A DNA stretch of 64,000 bases from Microcoleaceae cyanobacterium (GCA_051652765.1 JBOFUV010000019.1:1-64000); one strand, 5' to 3'. Counted from the stretch's first letter, positions 30,798-42,278 are shown. Notes: a model not told the origin generated them from the letters alone. Made by a program: numbers and translations.

Positions 30798-30881
30798 TCT
30801 TAACATAGTCTTCTTAAGATGGTCTTCTTAACATAGTCTTCTTAGGATGGTCTTCTTAGGATGGTCTTCTTAACATAGTCT
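30798..30881. repeat. Tandem repeat, 14 bp x6 with variant units (TCTTAACATAGTCT / TCTTARGATGGTCT)
   Basis: Read directly; lies in the divergent clpS/DUF3172 intergenic region. Confidence 0.92.
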
Positions 30882-31025
30882 AGTAAAACATTCCTTGGGC
30901 GACAAGATTGAAAAAAATCCCTAATCGCTTTCCCCAAATATATCGGATTAACGCCATACTAGAAGAAGATCGAAACCGAGATATAGTAGTCCTCCAGGAG
31001 TTTCTCTGAAGTGTTCAAAGGCGAT

Positions 31026-31541
31026 ATGAAACGCAGAAGCAAGGCCGCAACAGCTCAGTCACCCATCAACTACGGAACCATTGCTGTGGTTGGAGGAGTG
31101 CTTATTCTTGGGATTGGGATTGGAATTGCCATCAGTTCTACAACAACTCTCAGTCCAGAGAACGTTGCCTCTAGAGAGTTTATTGACCGCAGTGCCCCCA
31201 GTGCTGAAACCTGTATTAAGTTTGGTGCAAGTGCAATGGTGACCGATCTACGAGTTTTTGTCACCCTCAACCCCTTCAATGTCTACGTGACTCAGCCTCA
31301 AATGCAACCGGGTTGCGTGATGCGCCGCAGCAACTGGATTATTCTGAAACAACGGGATTTAATTTCTTCAGATCAGGAACGAGATTGTAAGCAACGCATG
31401 AACACCTTTGCTTTTACCGGGGACTTAGAAGCCAAGCCCGAGGTGAATTGTGTCTACCAGAATAACGGTGCGGAGAACTTATTCTTGACTCAACCCGGAG
31501 CCGCCCCAGCGATTCAACGACCTGAGTCAAATAATTTCTAA
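31026..31541 (+). CDS. DUF3172-family protein
   Basis: TM followed by FIDRSAP..CIKFGASA..TLNPFNVYVTQPQMQPGCV. Confidence 0.85.
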   Translation: MKRRSKAATAQSPINYGTIAVVGGVLILGIGIGIAISSTTTLSPENVASREFIDRSAPSAETCIKFGASAMVTDLRVFVTLNPFNVYVTQPQMQPGCVMRRSNWIILKQRDLISSDQERDCKQRMNTFAFTGDLEAKPEVNCVYQNNGAENLFLTQPGAAPAIQRPESNNF

Positions 31542-31584
31542 GTCTCTAAGGATTTAAGCTTGTTAAGCATCAGCTTTTGCTTGA

Positions 31585-31605
31585 ATGCGGGCATATTGCC
31601 CGCAT
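31585..31605. terminator. Hairpin between convergent genes
   Basis: ATGCGGGCA-TAT-TGCCCGCAT. Confidence 0.6.
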
Positions 31606-31663
31606 GTGTCTTTCAAGCGCTATTGCTTATTAGTGCTCAAACGCTAACTTCTTAAACGCTGAC

Positions 31664-32407
31664 TTAAACGCTGACTGAAGTAGGAGAGGGAGTGAGGGCT
31701 TCTACTAAGCTGCGTACAACAGCAACCATTGCAACTTCATTGTCTAAGCGGTTAATGGCTGAACCCACACCCACTCCGGCAGCCCCAGCAGCGATCGCCA
31801 AGGGTACGGTCACACTGGATAGACCCGACGCACACAGCACCGGAATAGCAACAGCGCGAGAAATTTCATAGGCTGCGGCCAAGGTTGGTGCAGCTTTCTC
31901 AATCAGCCCCAAGGTTCCAGGATTCACAGGGTTAGCGCTCATTCCCCCTTCAGTTTGAATAATATCTGCACCCGCGTCCACCAACTCAGTGGCTAACTGC
32001 ACCTGTTGATCCAGGGTCAGAATATGGGGCACAGTCACCGAGAGCAGCACTTCTGGTAACAAGGCACGGGTCGCATGGGTTAGGTTTAGTACGTCTTCAG
32101 CCTCAAACCGCCGTCCTTGACTATAGAAAGCATCAAAGTTACCAATTTCAACTAAGTCGGCTCCGGCTGCTACACAGGCAACAAACTTTTGGGGTTCAAC
32201 GGCAGACACACAAATCGGTAGGGAAGTTAGAGTACGAACCATGCTGACTAGGTGAGGATCGGCAGCAATATCTACAAACGTTGCGCCTCCCTGGGTTGCC
32301 GCTTTGACAATGGAGGCGACCCGTTGAGCATCAAAATTCATCAAGCCACTGATAACTTTCAGGGCTTTGCGTTGTTCAAATGCTTGCTGTAAGGTCAAGT
32401 TCATCAT
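31664..32407 (-). CDS. ycf23: DUF561/Ycf23-family protein
   Basis: LKVISGLMNFD, EIGNFDAFY and IQTEGG motifs. Confidence 0.9.
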   Translation of the reverse strand: MMNLTLQQAFEQRKALKVISGLMNFDAQRVASIVKAATQGGATFVDIAADPHLVSMVRTLTSLPICVSAVEPQKFVACVAAGADLVEIGNFDAFYSQGRRFEAEDVLNLTHATRALLPEVLLSVTVPHILTLDQQVQLATELVDAGADIIQTEGGMSANPVNPGTLGLIEKAAPTLAAAYEISRAVAIPVLCASGLSSVTVPLAIAAGAAGVGVGSAINRLDNEVAMVAVVRSLVEALTPSPTSVSV

Positions 32408-32486
32408 GGTTTAACTCGTCAATGAATGTGTTCAGGAATAGAGTTGGCTTCACAAGTAAGCTTTATTCTGACACAGTTCGGGGTTC

Positions 32487-33314
32487 CTACTGCTTCAGCT
32501 CAAAATTGTTGCGAAACCGCTGAGGCTGACGAAACTGATAAATCTCTTGAAACACTTGGGCCCAACTGTGCACTAGGGAGGCTAACAGGCGATCGCCTTT
32601 TTCCTGGGTTGCCACGGTCGCATCTCCCAAAACCCCACTCCGGCTCAAATCTTGCATCACCCACGCAAAGGGCAATTGACCCTCCGGACTCAATAAACTG
32701 CCGGGGGGCAAATTGGGGGGAAATTCACAAACAGCCCGTTCCAGGTGAACCTGATCAGGCAAAATTGACAACATCAAGCTGGTTTCGATCGCCCCAGCAT
32801 GAATCCCCTGTTCGAGTTCTTCTGGCGTAAAGAGTTCTGATGCAATGTGGGGAACCCGCCAAACAAATAAAGGAAAGACGATAAAATCTTCAGACTGTTG
32901 GTGCAAGTCCCGTGCCACTAGGTCTAGGATTTGGGGCTGACCCCCATGGGCATTGAGTAGCACCAACTTCCGAAATCCAGCCCGGTAAACACTAGTCCCT
33001 AGGTCGATCAACACGCGATACAAGGTCTCTGTGGTCAGAGTCACAGTTCCTGGAAAGTGCCAATGTTCATTGGACTTGCCGTAGCAAAGCGTCGGGAGAG
33101 CATAGGCTGGAACTTCCGGATCGAGTCTGGCTAACGCTTTGCCTGCAACAGCCGTGGCAATGGCCGCATCAACAATTAACGGTAAATGGGGCCCATGCTG
33201 TTCAATTGCCCCAATCGGCTGAATAATCACAACATTTTCCCGATCAGACATTGCCTGAATCTCTGTCCAAGTCAAATAGGGAAAAAACCGTTCAGGGGGG
33301 ATAAAATTATGCAT
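32487..33314 (-). CDS. Creatininase-family amidohydrolase
   Basis: GAIEQHGPHLP, SNEH, NAHGG and HAGAIETS motifs. Confidence 0.92.
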   Translation of the reverse strand: MHNFIPPERFFPYLTWTEIQAMSDRENVVIIQPIGAIEQHGPHLPLIVDAAIATAVAGKALARLDPEVPAYALPTLCYGKSNEHWHFPGTVTLTTETLYRVLIDLGTSVYRAGFRKLVLLNAHGGQPQILDLVARDLHQQSEDFIVFPLFVWRVPHIASELFTPEELEQGIHAGAIETSLMLSILPDQVHLERAVCEFPPNLPPGSLLSPEGQLPFAWVMQDLSRSGVLGDATVATQEKGDRLLASLVHSWAQVFQEIYQFRQPQRFRNNFELKQ

Positions 33315-33318
33315 CCAG

Positions 33319-34620
33319 CTATCGTCCTAACTTATTGGGAATTCCTTCACATCCCCCTGGAATCGTTGCTCTCGACTTGGAGCCACTCCACGCACAACAA
33401 TAGTACCGACTTTCTTCAGACAGATGTTCTACCTGGGTAAAATCAGCATTCTCAACCACTGCCCCGGTATGTTCTCCGGTTCTAAAATTTGGGATTTGAG
33501 CGCGACTCCTCGGAGTTGCTGTTTCAGCCGTCCCGTAAAACAGGCGAGTTCCTTTGAGGTTGGCTTTGGTGAGAATGGTTTCGTAGAGAATGGTGCGGGA
33601 CAAATTGGCCCGTACGAGATCGCAGTTATACAGGTTGGTTCGCACTAAATTGGTTTCGCTCAAATCCGTTCGGCGTAAGTCTGTATTAGATAGATCTGCT
33701 GCCGCCAACATTGCCCCAATGTCAATCACCCGAATGCCTTCTAGTCGATCTTCGGCGTAGCTGCCATTCCCATCTAAAATTGGACGGCCCAAATGGCGAT
33801 CGCGCTTCAAGGGAGTAATCAACCGAGCCTGAGAGAGAAACCGGAGAATTTTTGCTTTCCCTTCAGCGTTTACACTCCGAATAATAGCCGCCGTTCGTCC
33901 CTCAGCAATCACCCGCTCTTGGGGCCAATCTTCGAGTAACCCCTGATCCCCTAGGGCCAGATCAGAGACCCCTTGAAAGTAGGCATCAATGGTTTGTTGC
34001 TGGGTGATGGTGTTTTGCTGAATGGTTAGATCTCTGGAGATGATGTACTGCCGCCACGCCACATAAACCGTTAAAATCGCAATCAAAATTTGCCCCAACG
34101 CACCGATCAGCTCTCCTAAGGCCCCAATCGCCTCCCAGTTCACCTCAATATTCCGCGTCTCAAGATTACGGCTGGTGCTACTGAGCATTAACAAGCCCAC
34201 AATGCCACCCAACAACCCAACACTGGCAATAATAAGACCCCGCCATACCTCGGGAATCAAGGTTTGCCAGACTCTTCCCCAACTAGGCCAGATAATTCGC
34301 AGCGAGAACGTCACTGCCAGCATCGCACTGATAAATCCCAACCAAACGTTGTCAAGAGCCAACCCCAAAACCATCAGCGCGATCGCGCTCAGAGCGATAA
34401 TAGATGCGGAGAAGTGACTGGGAATAGAAGAGTCTTTGTTCAAAAACTCCGTTGTCGGAGTTGGGGGCGGGGGCAAAATCCGATCCATTTCCTCTGACAT
34501 CTCATAGTCGAGAATTTGAGACTTGGTAGCAGTTAAACCTGCTTGAGTGCCATTGAGACCCTCCCCTCTATTCTGGGAATTGGGTGAACTAGATGAATAT
34601 GGATCAGGTTGATGTGTCAT
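33319..34620 (-). CDS. Membrane protein with pentapeptide repeats
   Basis: TM helices followed by ADLSN/TDLRR/TNLVR/ANLSR repeats. Confidence 0.9.
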   Translation of the reverse strand: MTHQPDPYSSSSPNSQNRGEGLNGTQAGLTATKSQILDYEMSEEMDRILPPPPTPTTEFLNKDSSIPSHFSASIIALSAIALMVLGLALDNVWLGFISAMLAVTFSLRIIWPSWGRVWQTLIPEVWRGLIIASVGLLGGIVGLLMLSSTSRNLETRNIEVNWEAIGALGELIGALGQILIAILTVYVAWRQYIISRDLTIQQNTITQQQTIDAYFQGVSDLALGDQGLLEDWPQERVIAEGRTAAIIRSVNAEGKAKILRFLSQARLITPLKRDRHLGRPILDGNGSYAEDRLEGIRVIDIGAMLAAADLSNTDLRRTDLSETNLVRTNLYNCDLVRANLSRTILYETILTKANLKGTRLFYGTAETATPRSRAQIPNFRTGEHTGAVVENADFTQVEHLSEESRYYCCAWSGSKSRATIPGGCEGIPNKLGR

Positions 34621-34772
34621 GGGTCACCCCTCAGTAATAGTTAAGGCTTGTTATCCTAAGATTAGAATCCCTCAGATGATTGTACCTAAACTCTTCTGCA
34701 GGTTGCCAGAGCAAGGATAGGTTTCAGGAAGCTACTTAGAATTGCAACTCAGGCGGATCAGCGTGCATTAGG

Positions 34773-34811
34773 TCAGTATTCAGAATCAGTATTCAGAATC
34801 AGTATTCAGAA
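34773..34811. repeat. Tandem repeat, 13 bp x3 (TCAGTATTCAGAA)
   Basis: Read directly from the sequence. Confidence 0.9.
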
Positions 34812-34895
34812 TCAATATCCAGGACGTATAGATTGGGCTCAGAGAAGAGCGCCAAGGGGCATTGACGATTATTTGTGAAAATTGCAGGAATTATC

Positions 34896-36320
34896 ATGGG
34901 ATCTCACGTTCATCTGTTAGTTAGAGCGCTAAATGCTCGCTTATCCCAACGGATTGCGCTTTGGATCTTTGCCAGTATTATCCTAGTTGAATTGATTATT
35001 TTGGTGCCCTCGGTCTACCGAAGAAAACAAGAGTTATTGGCAAACCTTGTGAGCATGTCCTCAGGAAAAATTGCTTGGATTATTGAGACTTATCCCCGTC
35101 AATCTGATAGAGAACTGCTGCAACAACTTAAAAATCTGAATCAACTCAATCCTAACGTTGTTGGAGGGGCGCTCTATCATCAACCCACAGGAGAACTCGT
35201 GGGTCAGTTTGGAGAACCTCCTGAATTATCACTGGAACAAGTGCTGAACAAGCAAGAAAAATATCTGAGAACACCCAAGGGCGATCGCTACGATGCAGGC
35301 TGCAGTATTCTACAGCGCAAAGGTCAATATGTTGTAATTATTCGGCATGATGCGTCTGAAATTTCCCAAGGGATTTATTTCTTTATCCTCCGTATTTCCG
35401 GATTGGTTCTGATTATTTCCCTGTTTGTTACAGGGGGCAGTCTGTTGGTTTTGGAGCGACTGATTATTACACCCATTTTGAACCTCAGATCAGACTTGAT
35501 CAAAGCGGGTAATACCATCAGTCAAAATCAAACTCCCCCTCAGTTTTGCTCCGGAACAATTGACCGACACGATGAACTTGGGGATGTGATCACTGCGTTT
35601 ATACAGATGTTTGATGACATCTATCAAGCCGTAACAGAACGAGAACAAGCAGAGTCGGCACTCCGGCTTGAAAAAGAAAAATCAGAACGACTTTTACTTA
35701 ATATTCTACCTCAAACCATTGCTGATAAGCTAAAACAAGAACTGAGTTGTATCGCCGATGGCTTTGAACAGGCAACTATTTTATTTGCTGATATTCATGA
35801 TTTTACTGGCTTAGCATCCTATCTTTCTCCCACTGAACTAGTTGACTTACTCAATGAAATTTTCTCATGTTTTGATCGGCTCGTGGATCATTATGGGTTA
35901 GAAAAAATTAAAACAATTGGAGATGCTTATATGGTGGCAGGTGGAATTCCAATTCCCTGCGAGAATCATGTTGAAGCGATCGCGGAAGTTGCCCTAGATA
36001 TGCAGCAAGCTATGCAACAGTTTCACCGCGCTGATCATAAAGCATTCAATATTCGAATTGGAATTAACACGGGGCCTGTGGTTGCAGGAGTAATTGGCCT
36101 GAAAAAATTTACCTATGATCTATGGGGCGATGCCGTGAATGTTGCTAGTCGGATGGAGTCTCAAGGGGAAGTAGGCAAGATTCAAGTGAGTGAAACAACT
36201 TATCAACTTCTGAGAAATCAGTATAGATTTGAAAAACGGGGTCTGCTCGAAGTCAAAGGGAAAGGCGCAATGAATACTTATTTTTTACTAGGTCGAAAAG
36301 ATTCGGGTATCTCACCTTAG
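34896..36320 (+). CDS. Membrane-bound class III adenylate/guanylate cyclase
   Basis: Two TMs, HAMP-like linker, ILFADI, KTIGDAYM and YDLWGDAVNVASRMES (Lys/Asp pair of the ATP-specific type). Confidence 0.92.
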   Translation: MGSHVHLLVRALNARLSQRIALWIFASIILVELIILVPSVYRRKQELLANLVSMSSGKIAWIIETYPRQSDRELLQQLKNLNQLNPNVVGGALYHQPTGELVGQFGEPPELSLEQVLNKQEKYLRTPKGDRYDAGCSILQRKGQYVVIIRHDASEISQGIYFFILRISGLVLIISLFVTGGSLLVLERLIITPILNLRSDLIKAGNTISQNQTPPQFCSGTIDRHDELGDVITAFIQMFDDIYQAVTEREQAESALRLEKEKSERLLLNILPQTIADKLKQELSCIADGFEQATILFADIHDFTGLASYLSPTELVDLLNEIFSCFDRLVDHYGLEKIKTIGDAYMVAGGIPIPCENHVEAIAEVALDMQQAMQQFHRADHKAFNIRIGINTGPVVAGVIGLKKFTYDLWGDAVNVASRMESQGEVGKIQVSETTYQLLRNQYRFEKRGLLEVKGKGAMNTYFLLGRKDSGISP

Positions 36321-36396
36321 AAGCGCTTAATTCAGCTAGTGAACTCACAGTGAACCCAGAGGGTTTACAAACTGTTGAATACAATCCTTAGGAGCC

Positions 36397-36438
36397 AGTT
36401 GTTGAATATAAGTTGTTGAATATAAGTTGTTCAGCATA
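36397..36438. repeat. Tandem repeat, 14 bp x3 (AGTTGTTGAATATA)
   Basis: Read directly; third copy is degenerate. Confidence 0.85.
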
Positions 36439-36762
36439 AACTGTTAACTTGCATTGACAATTCATATTGTTAGATATAATTTTTTAGGTATGAATGGTCA
36501 ACTGTAACATCAGTAAAAATTTCTAGTTTGTGGACGAGATTCCTACTCCATAATTGGTATGTTCACACCCTATACAACTTTATTCTTTAGTCGTTCTAGG
36601 ATGTATTACTCTAGAATCTGTCGTTCTGGAATTGATGTTTTCAACTTCTCACATTGCCTGCTTAAACCTTGAAATCAAGATAATGTTTTCTTAACCATCA
36701 GAACAGAGACAAGATAGTATCATCGGGGTGTGCTACGCAGAAAAATGTTAGAGGATAACGAT

Positions 36763-37941
36763 ATGGCTAAAACGTTGCTAGAGCAACTGCGTGAAGTGAC
36801 TGTAGTGGTTGCAGATACTGGTGATATTAAGGCAATCGAGCAGTTCACTCCACGGGATGCAACGACAAACCCTTCCTTGATTACTGCAGCAGCCCAGATG
36901 CCAGAGTATCAGGGAATTGTGGACGATACCCTCAAGCAAGCTCGTCAAGAGCTTGGCTCAGATGCCCCTGCTGCTGACGTTGCAGCTTTAGCGTTTGACC
37001 GGTTGGCTGTTGCCTTTGGTTTGAAGATTCTTCAAATTGTGCCAGGTCGGGTATCCACAGAAGTGGATGCGCGCTTGTCCTACGATACGGAATCAACCCT
37101 GGCTAAGGGACGTTATTTAATTTCCCAGTATGAAGCTGCAGGAATTTCCCGCGATCGCATTCTAATTAAAATTGCTTCGACCTGGGAAGGCATTAAAGCC
37201 GCTGAAGTCCTTGAGAAAGAAGGAATCCATTGCAACTTAACATTGCTCTTCGGGATTCATCAGGCGATCGCTTGCGCCGAAGCTGGGATCACCCTGATCT
37301 CGCCATTTGTTGGTCGAATTCTAGATTGGTATAAAAAAGACAGCGGACGGGACTCCTATCCTCCGGAAGAAGATCCGGGCGTAGTATCCGTCACTCGGAT
37401 TTATAACTATTTCAAAAAATTTGGCTATAAAACTGAAGTCATGGGAGCAAGCTTCCGCAATATTGGAGAGATTACTGGACTTGCAGGCTGTGACTTGTTA
37501 ACGATTTCTCCTCAGTTGTTAGAAGAATTAAACTCTTCAACTGGAGAATTGCCTCGCAAGCTCGATCCTGAAAAAGCTAAATCCCTGGATTTGGAAAAAG
37601 TCACCATTGATAAGGACACCTTCGACAAGATGCACGCTGCCGATCGGATGGCATCTGAAAAATTAGAGGAAGGCATTAAGGGATTTTCTAAAGCTCTAGA
37701 AGCCTTGGAGAAACTATTGGCCGAACGACTCGCTCGACTTGAAGGTCAACAGGTTGCTAGCCAAGCTGCTGCAGAGTTATTCCGAGTGTATGACTTGGAT
37801 GGAGACGGATTTATCACCCGCGAGGAATGGTCAGGAGCCGATGCCGTATTTGATGCATTAGACGAAAACAAAGATGGACAAATCACCCCAGAAGAAATGG
37901 CCGCCGGTTTGGGAGCTGCTGTTCAGTTGGTTGAAGCCTAA
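36763..37941 (+). CDS. tal: Transaldolase with C-terminal EF-hand pair
   Basis: DATTNPSL and KIASTWEG motifs; EF loops [12 protein letters not shown] and [20 protein letters not shown]. Confidence 0.96.
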   Translation: MAKTLLEQLREVTVVVADTGDIKAIEQFTPRDATTNPSLITAAAQMPEYQGIVDDTLKQARQELGSDAPAADVAALAFDRLAVAFGLKILQIVPGRVSTEVDARLSYDTESTLAKGRYLISQYEAAGISRDRILIKIASTWEGIKAAEVLEKEGIHCNLTLLFGIHQAIACAEAGITLISPFVGRILDWYKKDSGRDSYPPEEDPGVVSVTRIYNYFKKFGYKTEVMGASFRNIGEITGLAGCDLLTISPQLLEELNSSTGELPRKLDPEKAKSLDLEKVTIDKDTFDKMHAADRMASEKLEEGIKGFSKALEALEKLLAERLARLEGQQVASQAAAELFRVYDLDGDGFITREEWSGADAVFDALDENKDGQITPEEMAAGLGAAVQLVEA

Positions 37942-40705
37942 GCCTGCCGAGACTGAACCTCAAACGGTTGAGCCGACTCCCCCAACTGTTCTGCAGTCAG
38001 GCCCTACAACCAATGTTGCAGAACCCGAGCTAATCCCTGAGGCTCTTCCAGTTCCCTCCGATGAACTGAAACCGGACGTGGAATCCAAACTAAAAGCAGA
38101 AACTTCCCCTCCGCAATCTCCAGAAACACTTGTACTTTCTCAACTGGAACCTATGACTTCAGCCATCCCAAACGGACAAATCCGAATCGAAGATGATCGT
38201 ACAGGGCTAGATGTTGAGACCCTGAGACGCGCTTTTGCAGATAACTTGTTTTACATCCAAGGCAAGTTTCCTGAAGTTGCTACAAAAAATGACTTCTACA
38301 TGGCTTTGGCCTACACTGTGCGCGATCGCATGTTACGCCGTTGGTTGAATAGCCAGCAAACCTACGTTCAGAAAGATGCCAAGATTGTCTGCTACCTGTC
38401 TGCCGAATTCCTAGTTGGCCCCCACCTCGGGAACAACCTGGTTAACCTGGGAATTTATGACCAGGTTAACCAAGCAGTTGAAGCGTCTGGGCTCAGCCTG
38501 CAAGACTTGATTGATCAAGAAGAAGAACCCGGTCTAGGAAATGGTGGCTTGGGACGGTTAGCGGCTTGCTACATGGAATCTTTAGCAAGTCTGGACATTC
38601 CTGCGATTGGCTACGGCATCCGTTATGAATTTGGCATCTTTGACCAAGAAATTCACGACGGTTGGCAAGTCGAGATTACTGACAAGTGGTTGCGCTTCGG
38701 CAACCCTTGGGAAATTGCCCGGACTGAGTCTGCGGTTGAGATTGGTTTAGGGGGTCGCACAGAAGCTTACTACGATGACCAAGGACGCTATCGAGTCCGG
38801 TGGATTCCAAATCAACTGGTCAAAGGCGTTCCCTATGACACCCCAATTTTAGGCTACAAGACGAACACGGCTAACACCCTACGCCTGTGGAAAGCGGAAG
38901 CACCCGAATCCTTCAACTTTGTAGCGTTTAATGTCGGAGATTACTACGGTGCGGTGAATGAGAAGACCCTCTCGGAAAACATCACCAAGGTACTTTATCC
39001 CAACGACGAACCCATTCAAGGGAAGCAGTTGCGTTTGGAACAGCAATATTTCTTCGTCTCTTGTTCCTTGCAAGACATGATTCGGATTCATCTCTTGCGG
39101 AACGATAACCTAGATAATTTCCATGAGAAGTTTTCAGCTCAGCTCAACGACACTCACCCAACGATTGGGGTCGCTGAACTGATGCGGTTACTGGTTGATG
39201 TTCATGGCATGGAGTGGGACAAGGCTTGGAACATTACCCAAAATACCTTTGCCTACACCAACCATACCCTGCTCCCAGAAGCCCTAGAAAAATGGCAGGT
39301 GGGTCTTTTCGGATCGTTACTGCCGCGCCATTTGGAAATTATCTATGAAATCAATCACCGTTTCTTGGCCCTCGTTCGGGAAAAGTTTCCGAACGATAAT
39401 GGCAAGTTAGCCCGTCTGTCTCTGATTGACGATTCTGGAGACAAGTACGTTCGGATGGCAAACTTAGCCTGTGCTGGGAGCATGGCAGTTAACGGTGTAG
39501 CCGCCCTTCACACAGAACTCTTGAAACAGAGTGTTCTCAAAGATGTCTACGAAATGTGGCCTGAAAAATTCAGCAATAAAACTAACGGCGTGACTCCTCG
39601 TCGTTGGGTGGTGCTCTCCAATCCTCGCCTCGCTTACCTCATCAGCTCCAAGATTGGGGATAGCTGGATCAAGAACCTTGATGAACTGCGGAAACTCGAA
39701 GGGTATCTCGAGGATGCCGGATTCCGGGAAGCTTGGAGACAAGTAAAGCGGGAAATCAAAGGAGAATTGGCCGAACGCATTCAACAGCGCTGCAATATTA
39801 CCGTGAACCCCGATACCCTATTTGATATTCAGGTGAAGCGGATTCACGAGTACAAGCGTCAGCATTTGAACGTTCTGCATATCATCACGTTGTACAACCG
39901 GATCAAGCACAACCCCAACATTGATATTGTGCCCCGCACTTTTATCTTTGGTGGAAAAGCTGCTCCTGGCTACTTTATGGCCAAGTTGGTGATTAAGTTA
40001 ATCAACTCCGTCGGAGCAGTTGTCAACAATGACCCGGATGTTCGCGATCGCCTCAAGGTCGCCTTTATCCCTGACTACAACGTCACCATGAGCCAACGGG
40101 TTTATCCTGCTGCTGATTTGTCTGAGCAGATTTCTACCGCAGGGAAGGAAGCGTCTGGCACGGGCAACATGAAGTTCTCCATGAACGGAGCCTTGACGAT
40201 TGGCACCCTGGATGGCGCTAATGTTGAAATTCGTGAAGAAGTTGGGGAAGAGAATTTCTTCTTGTTTGGCTTAAAAACTGAGGAAGTTTATGCCAAGAAG
40301 TCTCAAGGCTACAATCCCTGGGACTATTACAGTTCCAACGCGGCCTTGCGGGAAGTCATCGACCAGATTTCCCATGGTCACTTCTCGAACGGAAATCCAG
40401 ATCTGTTCAAACCTCTGGTAGATTCCTTGCTCTATCACGATGAGTATATGCTCTTGGCAGATTATCAATCCTACATTGACTGCCAGGATCAGGTGAGCCA
40501 AGCCTATCGAGATTATGACAAGTGGACTCGGATGTCTATTTTGAACGTGGCTCGCATAGGTAAATTCTCCAGCGATCGCTCCATTCAGGATTACTGCCGC
40601 GATATCTGGAAGGTTGAACCTGTTCCTGTAGAATTGAAGGATTACGTTCAAGCTAAAGCAGGCTTCAAAGTTGATCCCCAACAGTTTGCCACTTCAGACA
40701 AGTAG
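37874..40705 (+). CDS. glgP: Glycogen phosphorylase (start at 37874 or 38153)
   Basis: [27 protein letters not shown] and EASGTGNMK motifs. Confidence 0.95.
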   Translation: MDKSPQKKWPPVWELLFSWLKPKPAETEPQTVEPTPPTVLQSGPTTNVAEPELIPEALPVPSDELKPDVESKLKAETSPPQSPETLVLSQLEPMTSAIPNGQIRIEDDRTGLDVETLRRAFADNLFYIQGKFPEVATKNDFYMALAYTVRDRMLRRWLNSQQTYVQKDAKIVCYLSAEFLVGPHLGNNLVNLGIYDQVNQAVEASGLSLQDLIDQEEEPGLGNGGLGRLAACYMESLASLDIPAIGYGIRYEFGIFDQEIHDGWQVEITDKWLRFGNPWEIARTESAVEIGLGGRTEAYYDDQGRYRVRWIPNQLVKGVPYDTPILGYKTNTANTLRLWKAEAPESFNFVAFNVGDYYGAVNEKTLSENITKVLYPNDEPIQGKQLRLEQQYFFVSCSLQDMIRIHLLRNDNLDNFHEKFSAQLNDTHPTIGVAELMRLLVDVHGMEWDKAWNITQNTFAYTNHTLLPEALEKWQVGLFGSLLPRHLEIIYEINHRFLALVREKFPNDNGKLARLSLIDDSGDKYVRMANLACAGSMAVNGVAALHTELLKQSVLKDVYEMWPEKFSNKTNGVTPRRWVVLSNPRLAYLISSKIGDSWIKNLDELRKLEGYLEDAGFREAWRQVKREIKGELAERIQQRCNITVNPDTLFDIQVKRIHEYKRQHLNVLHIITLYNRIKHNPNIDIVPRTFIFGGKAAPGYFMAKLVIKLINSVGAVVNNDPDVRDRLKVAFIPDYNVTMSQRVYPAADLSEQISTAGKEASGTGNMKFSMNGALTIGTLDGANVEIREEVGEENFFLFGLKTEEVYAKKSQGYNPWDYYSSNAALREVIDQISHGHFSNGNPDLFKPLVDSLLYHDEYMLLADYQSYIDCQDQVSQAYRDYDKWTRMSILNVARIGKFSSDRSIQDYCRDIWKVEPVPVELKDYVQAKAGFKVDPQQFATSDK

Positions 40706-40850
40706 CGAATTGCAATCCCATTGCTAAATCCAATAGATTCTGCATAGCTCGTTGCAGGGGCGAGGTCATCTTGCCCCTCTCTAACAATATCCAATCTGAC
40801 GCGCTCCCAAGATCAAGTCCGTTTTTAACTTATACCTAAGGAAGAAGCCT

Positions 40851-41234
40851 ATGTTAACTCCTGTAGAAACCGTTCAAATTCTCCAAAAGCACGGCAGCGA
40901 AGCTATGCATGTTGCAGCAGGCGAGGTCATTTTTGATCAGGGAGAACCCGGCGATCTCATGTATGGCATTGTCGCAGGAGCAGTTCAGTTTGCCCTTGAT
41001 GGAAAACAGGCAGAATCTCTGGAAATGGGAGATGTTTTTGGTGAAGGTGCAATTGTCAATCCTGATCACAAGCGCCGCTCGACTGCAACGGCTAAAACAG
41101 ATTGCACATTAGTCTCTTTAGACAGAGAGCGATTTCTCTTTGCCATTCAACAAAGTCCAGTGTTTGCCCTAGAAGTTCTACGGAGCTATTCTGATCGGGT
41201 GAATGACTTGAGACATCTGCTGGCTCAGGGATAG
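40851..41234 (+). CDS. Stand-alone cyclic-nucleotide-binding domain protein
   Basis: GEVIFDQGEPGDLMYGI, GDVFGEGA and RRSTATA motifs; no HTH. Confidence 0.9.
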   Translation: MLTPVETVQILQKHGSEAMHVAAGEVIFDQGEPGDLMYGIVAGAVQFALDGKQAESLEMGDVFGEGAIVNPDHKRRSTATAKTDCTLVSLDRERFLFAIQQSPVFALEVLRSYSDRVNDLRHLLAQG

Positions 41235-41329
41235 CTCACGATCACTCGTCCCCCTTCTGATGTTGAGAAGTTTGCGCCCCAGGCGAGGGGGACTCAGGAG
41301 GTCAGTACTTTGTGCAACTGCATGGATCA

Positions 41330-41497
41330 ATGAACAAAAGAACCTACAGACTAGCGGCTTGGATTTTTATCGGCCTCGGGCTACTGACTTTTTTAATTCG
41401 GTTGGCATCTGGACTTCGGGGGCTAACTGTTATTCTGATCAGTTGCTTTGTGGTCGGGGTGATTTACTTGATCATCAGTTCTCGACAGAAAGATTAG
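41330..41497 (+). CDS. Small 2-TM membrane protein (55 aa)
   Basis: MNKRTYRLAAWIFIGLGLL..VILISCFVVGVIYLIISSRQKD; follows the positive-inside pattern. Confidence 0.55.
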   Translation: MNKRTYRLAAWIFIGLGLLTFLIRLASGLRGLTVILISCFVVGVIYLIISSRQKD

Positions 41498-41633
41498 CGT
41501 TCAGGGCATAAGTTTAATATCGTTTCGTAGCGCAGGCTTTTTGTCTGCCTGTCATCAAGATGATTGCGCTATTGGTAGGGTTGTGAATCTTCTCAGAGCT
41601 TTGACCCAGAGCCTTAAACTCAGAGCCTTAAAC

Positions 41634-42278
41634 TCAGGCCCTGAGATAGTAGTGCAGCAGGACTTCTCCCGCCTCATCCAGGGTTGGGCCGAAGGTGATT
41701 AATCCATCTTGATGTCCAGCCATGACGAGAATGCTTTGAACTGCAAGAGCTTCAGTTTGAAAGAGACGAAACATTTCCGTTGCCATTTGGGGAGTGCCGT
41801 AGGGGACTTCAGCGCGGGTGGTCGGAACCTTGAATTTTAATTGTTGCCAGAGTTGAGCCTGATGGACGTGAACAATTGCTTGTATTGCTGGCTGACAGGC
41901 ATAGATTGCGGCATGGGTGAGGGACTCAGAGGAGGCTTTGATCGGCCCCGCACAGGTTAAGGCATGAGTGGCCAGACTAAACTCCGTGACCGTTGTGTAG
42001 TGCTGGGGCTCAAGCTTGAGCAGATGTCCGGTTTGAGTTCCAGTGATGATAAATTGCTGAGACGGGTGCAGTCTAAGGCTGAGATTCCCAAAACCGATGC
42101 CCTGATGATCCACCCCAATCAACTCCAGTTGACGCAGGCGATCGCGCCAGTCCATCAAGTTTTGCAGAAGCTCAGTCTGGGGAGGTTCTGCCACAATCCA
42201 ATCACATTCAAATTTGATCACGCCTTCATCCCAGTCCGTTGCCCCGTTTTCCTGAAGGGTTGGCTGTGCTTGATTCAT
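41634..42278 (-). CDS. Class II aldolase/adducin-family protein
   Basis: GNLSLR, ASSESLTHAAIY, AIVHVH and MAGHQDG motifs. Confidence 0.88.
   Translation of the reverse strand: MNQAQPTLQENGATDWDEGVIKFECDWIVAEPPQTELLQNLMDWRDRLRQLELIGVDHQGIGFGNLSLRLHPSQQFIITGTQTGHLLKLEPQHYTTVTEFSLATHALTCAGPIKASSESLTHAAIYACQPAIQAIVHVHQAQLWQQLKFKVPTTRAEVPYGTPQMATEMFRLFQTEALAVQSILVMAGHQDGLITFGPTLDEAGEVLLHYYLRA

Noticed and set aside
30798..30881. Possible CRISPR array (also considered at 15973, 22652, 34773 and 36397)
   Set aside because: Units are 12-15 bp and directly adjacent, with no unique spacers and no cas genes.
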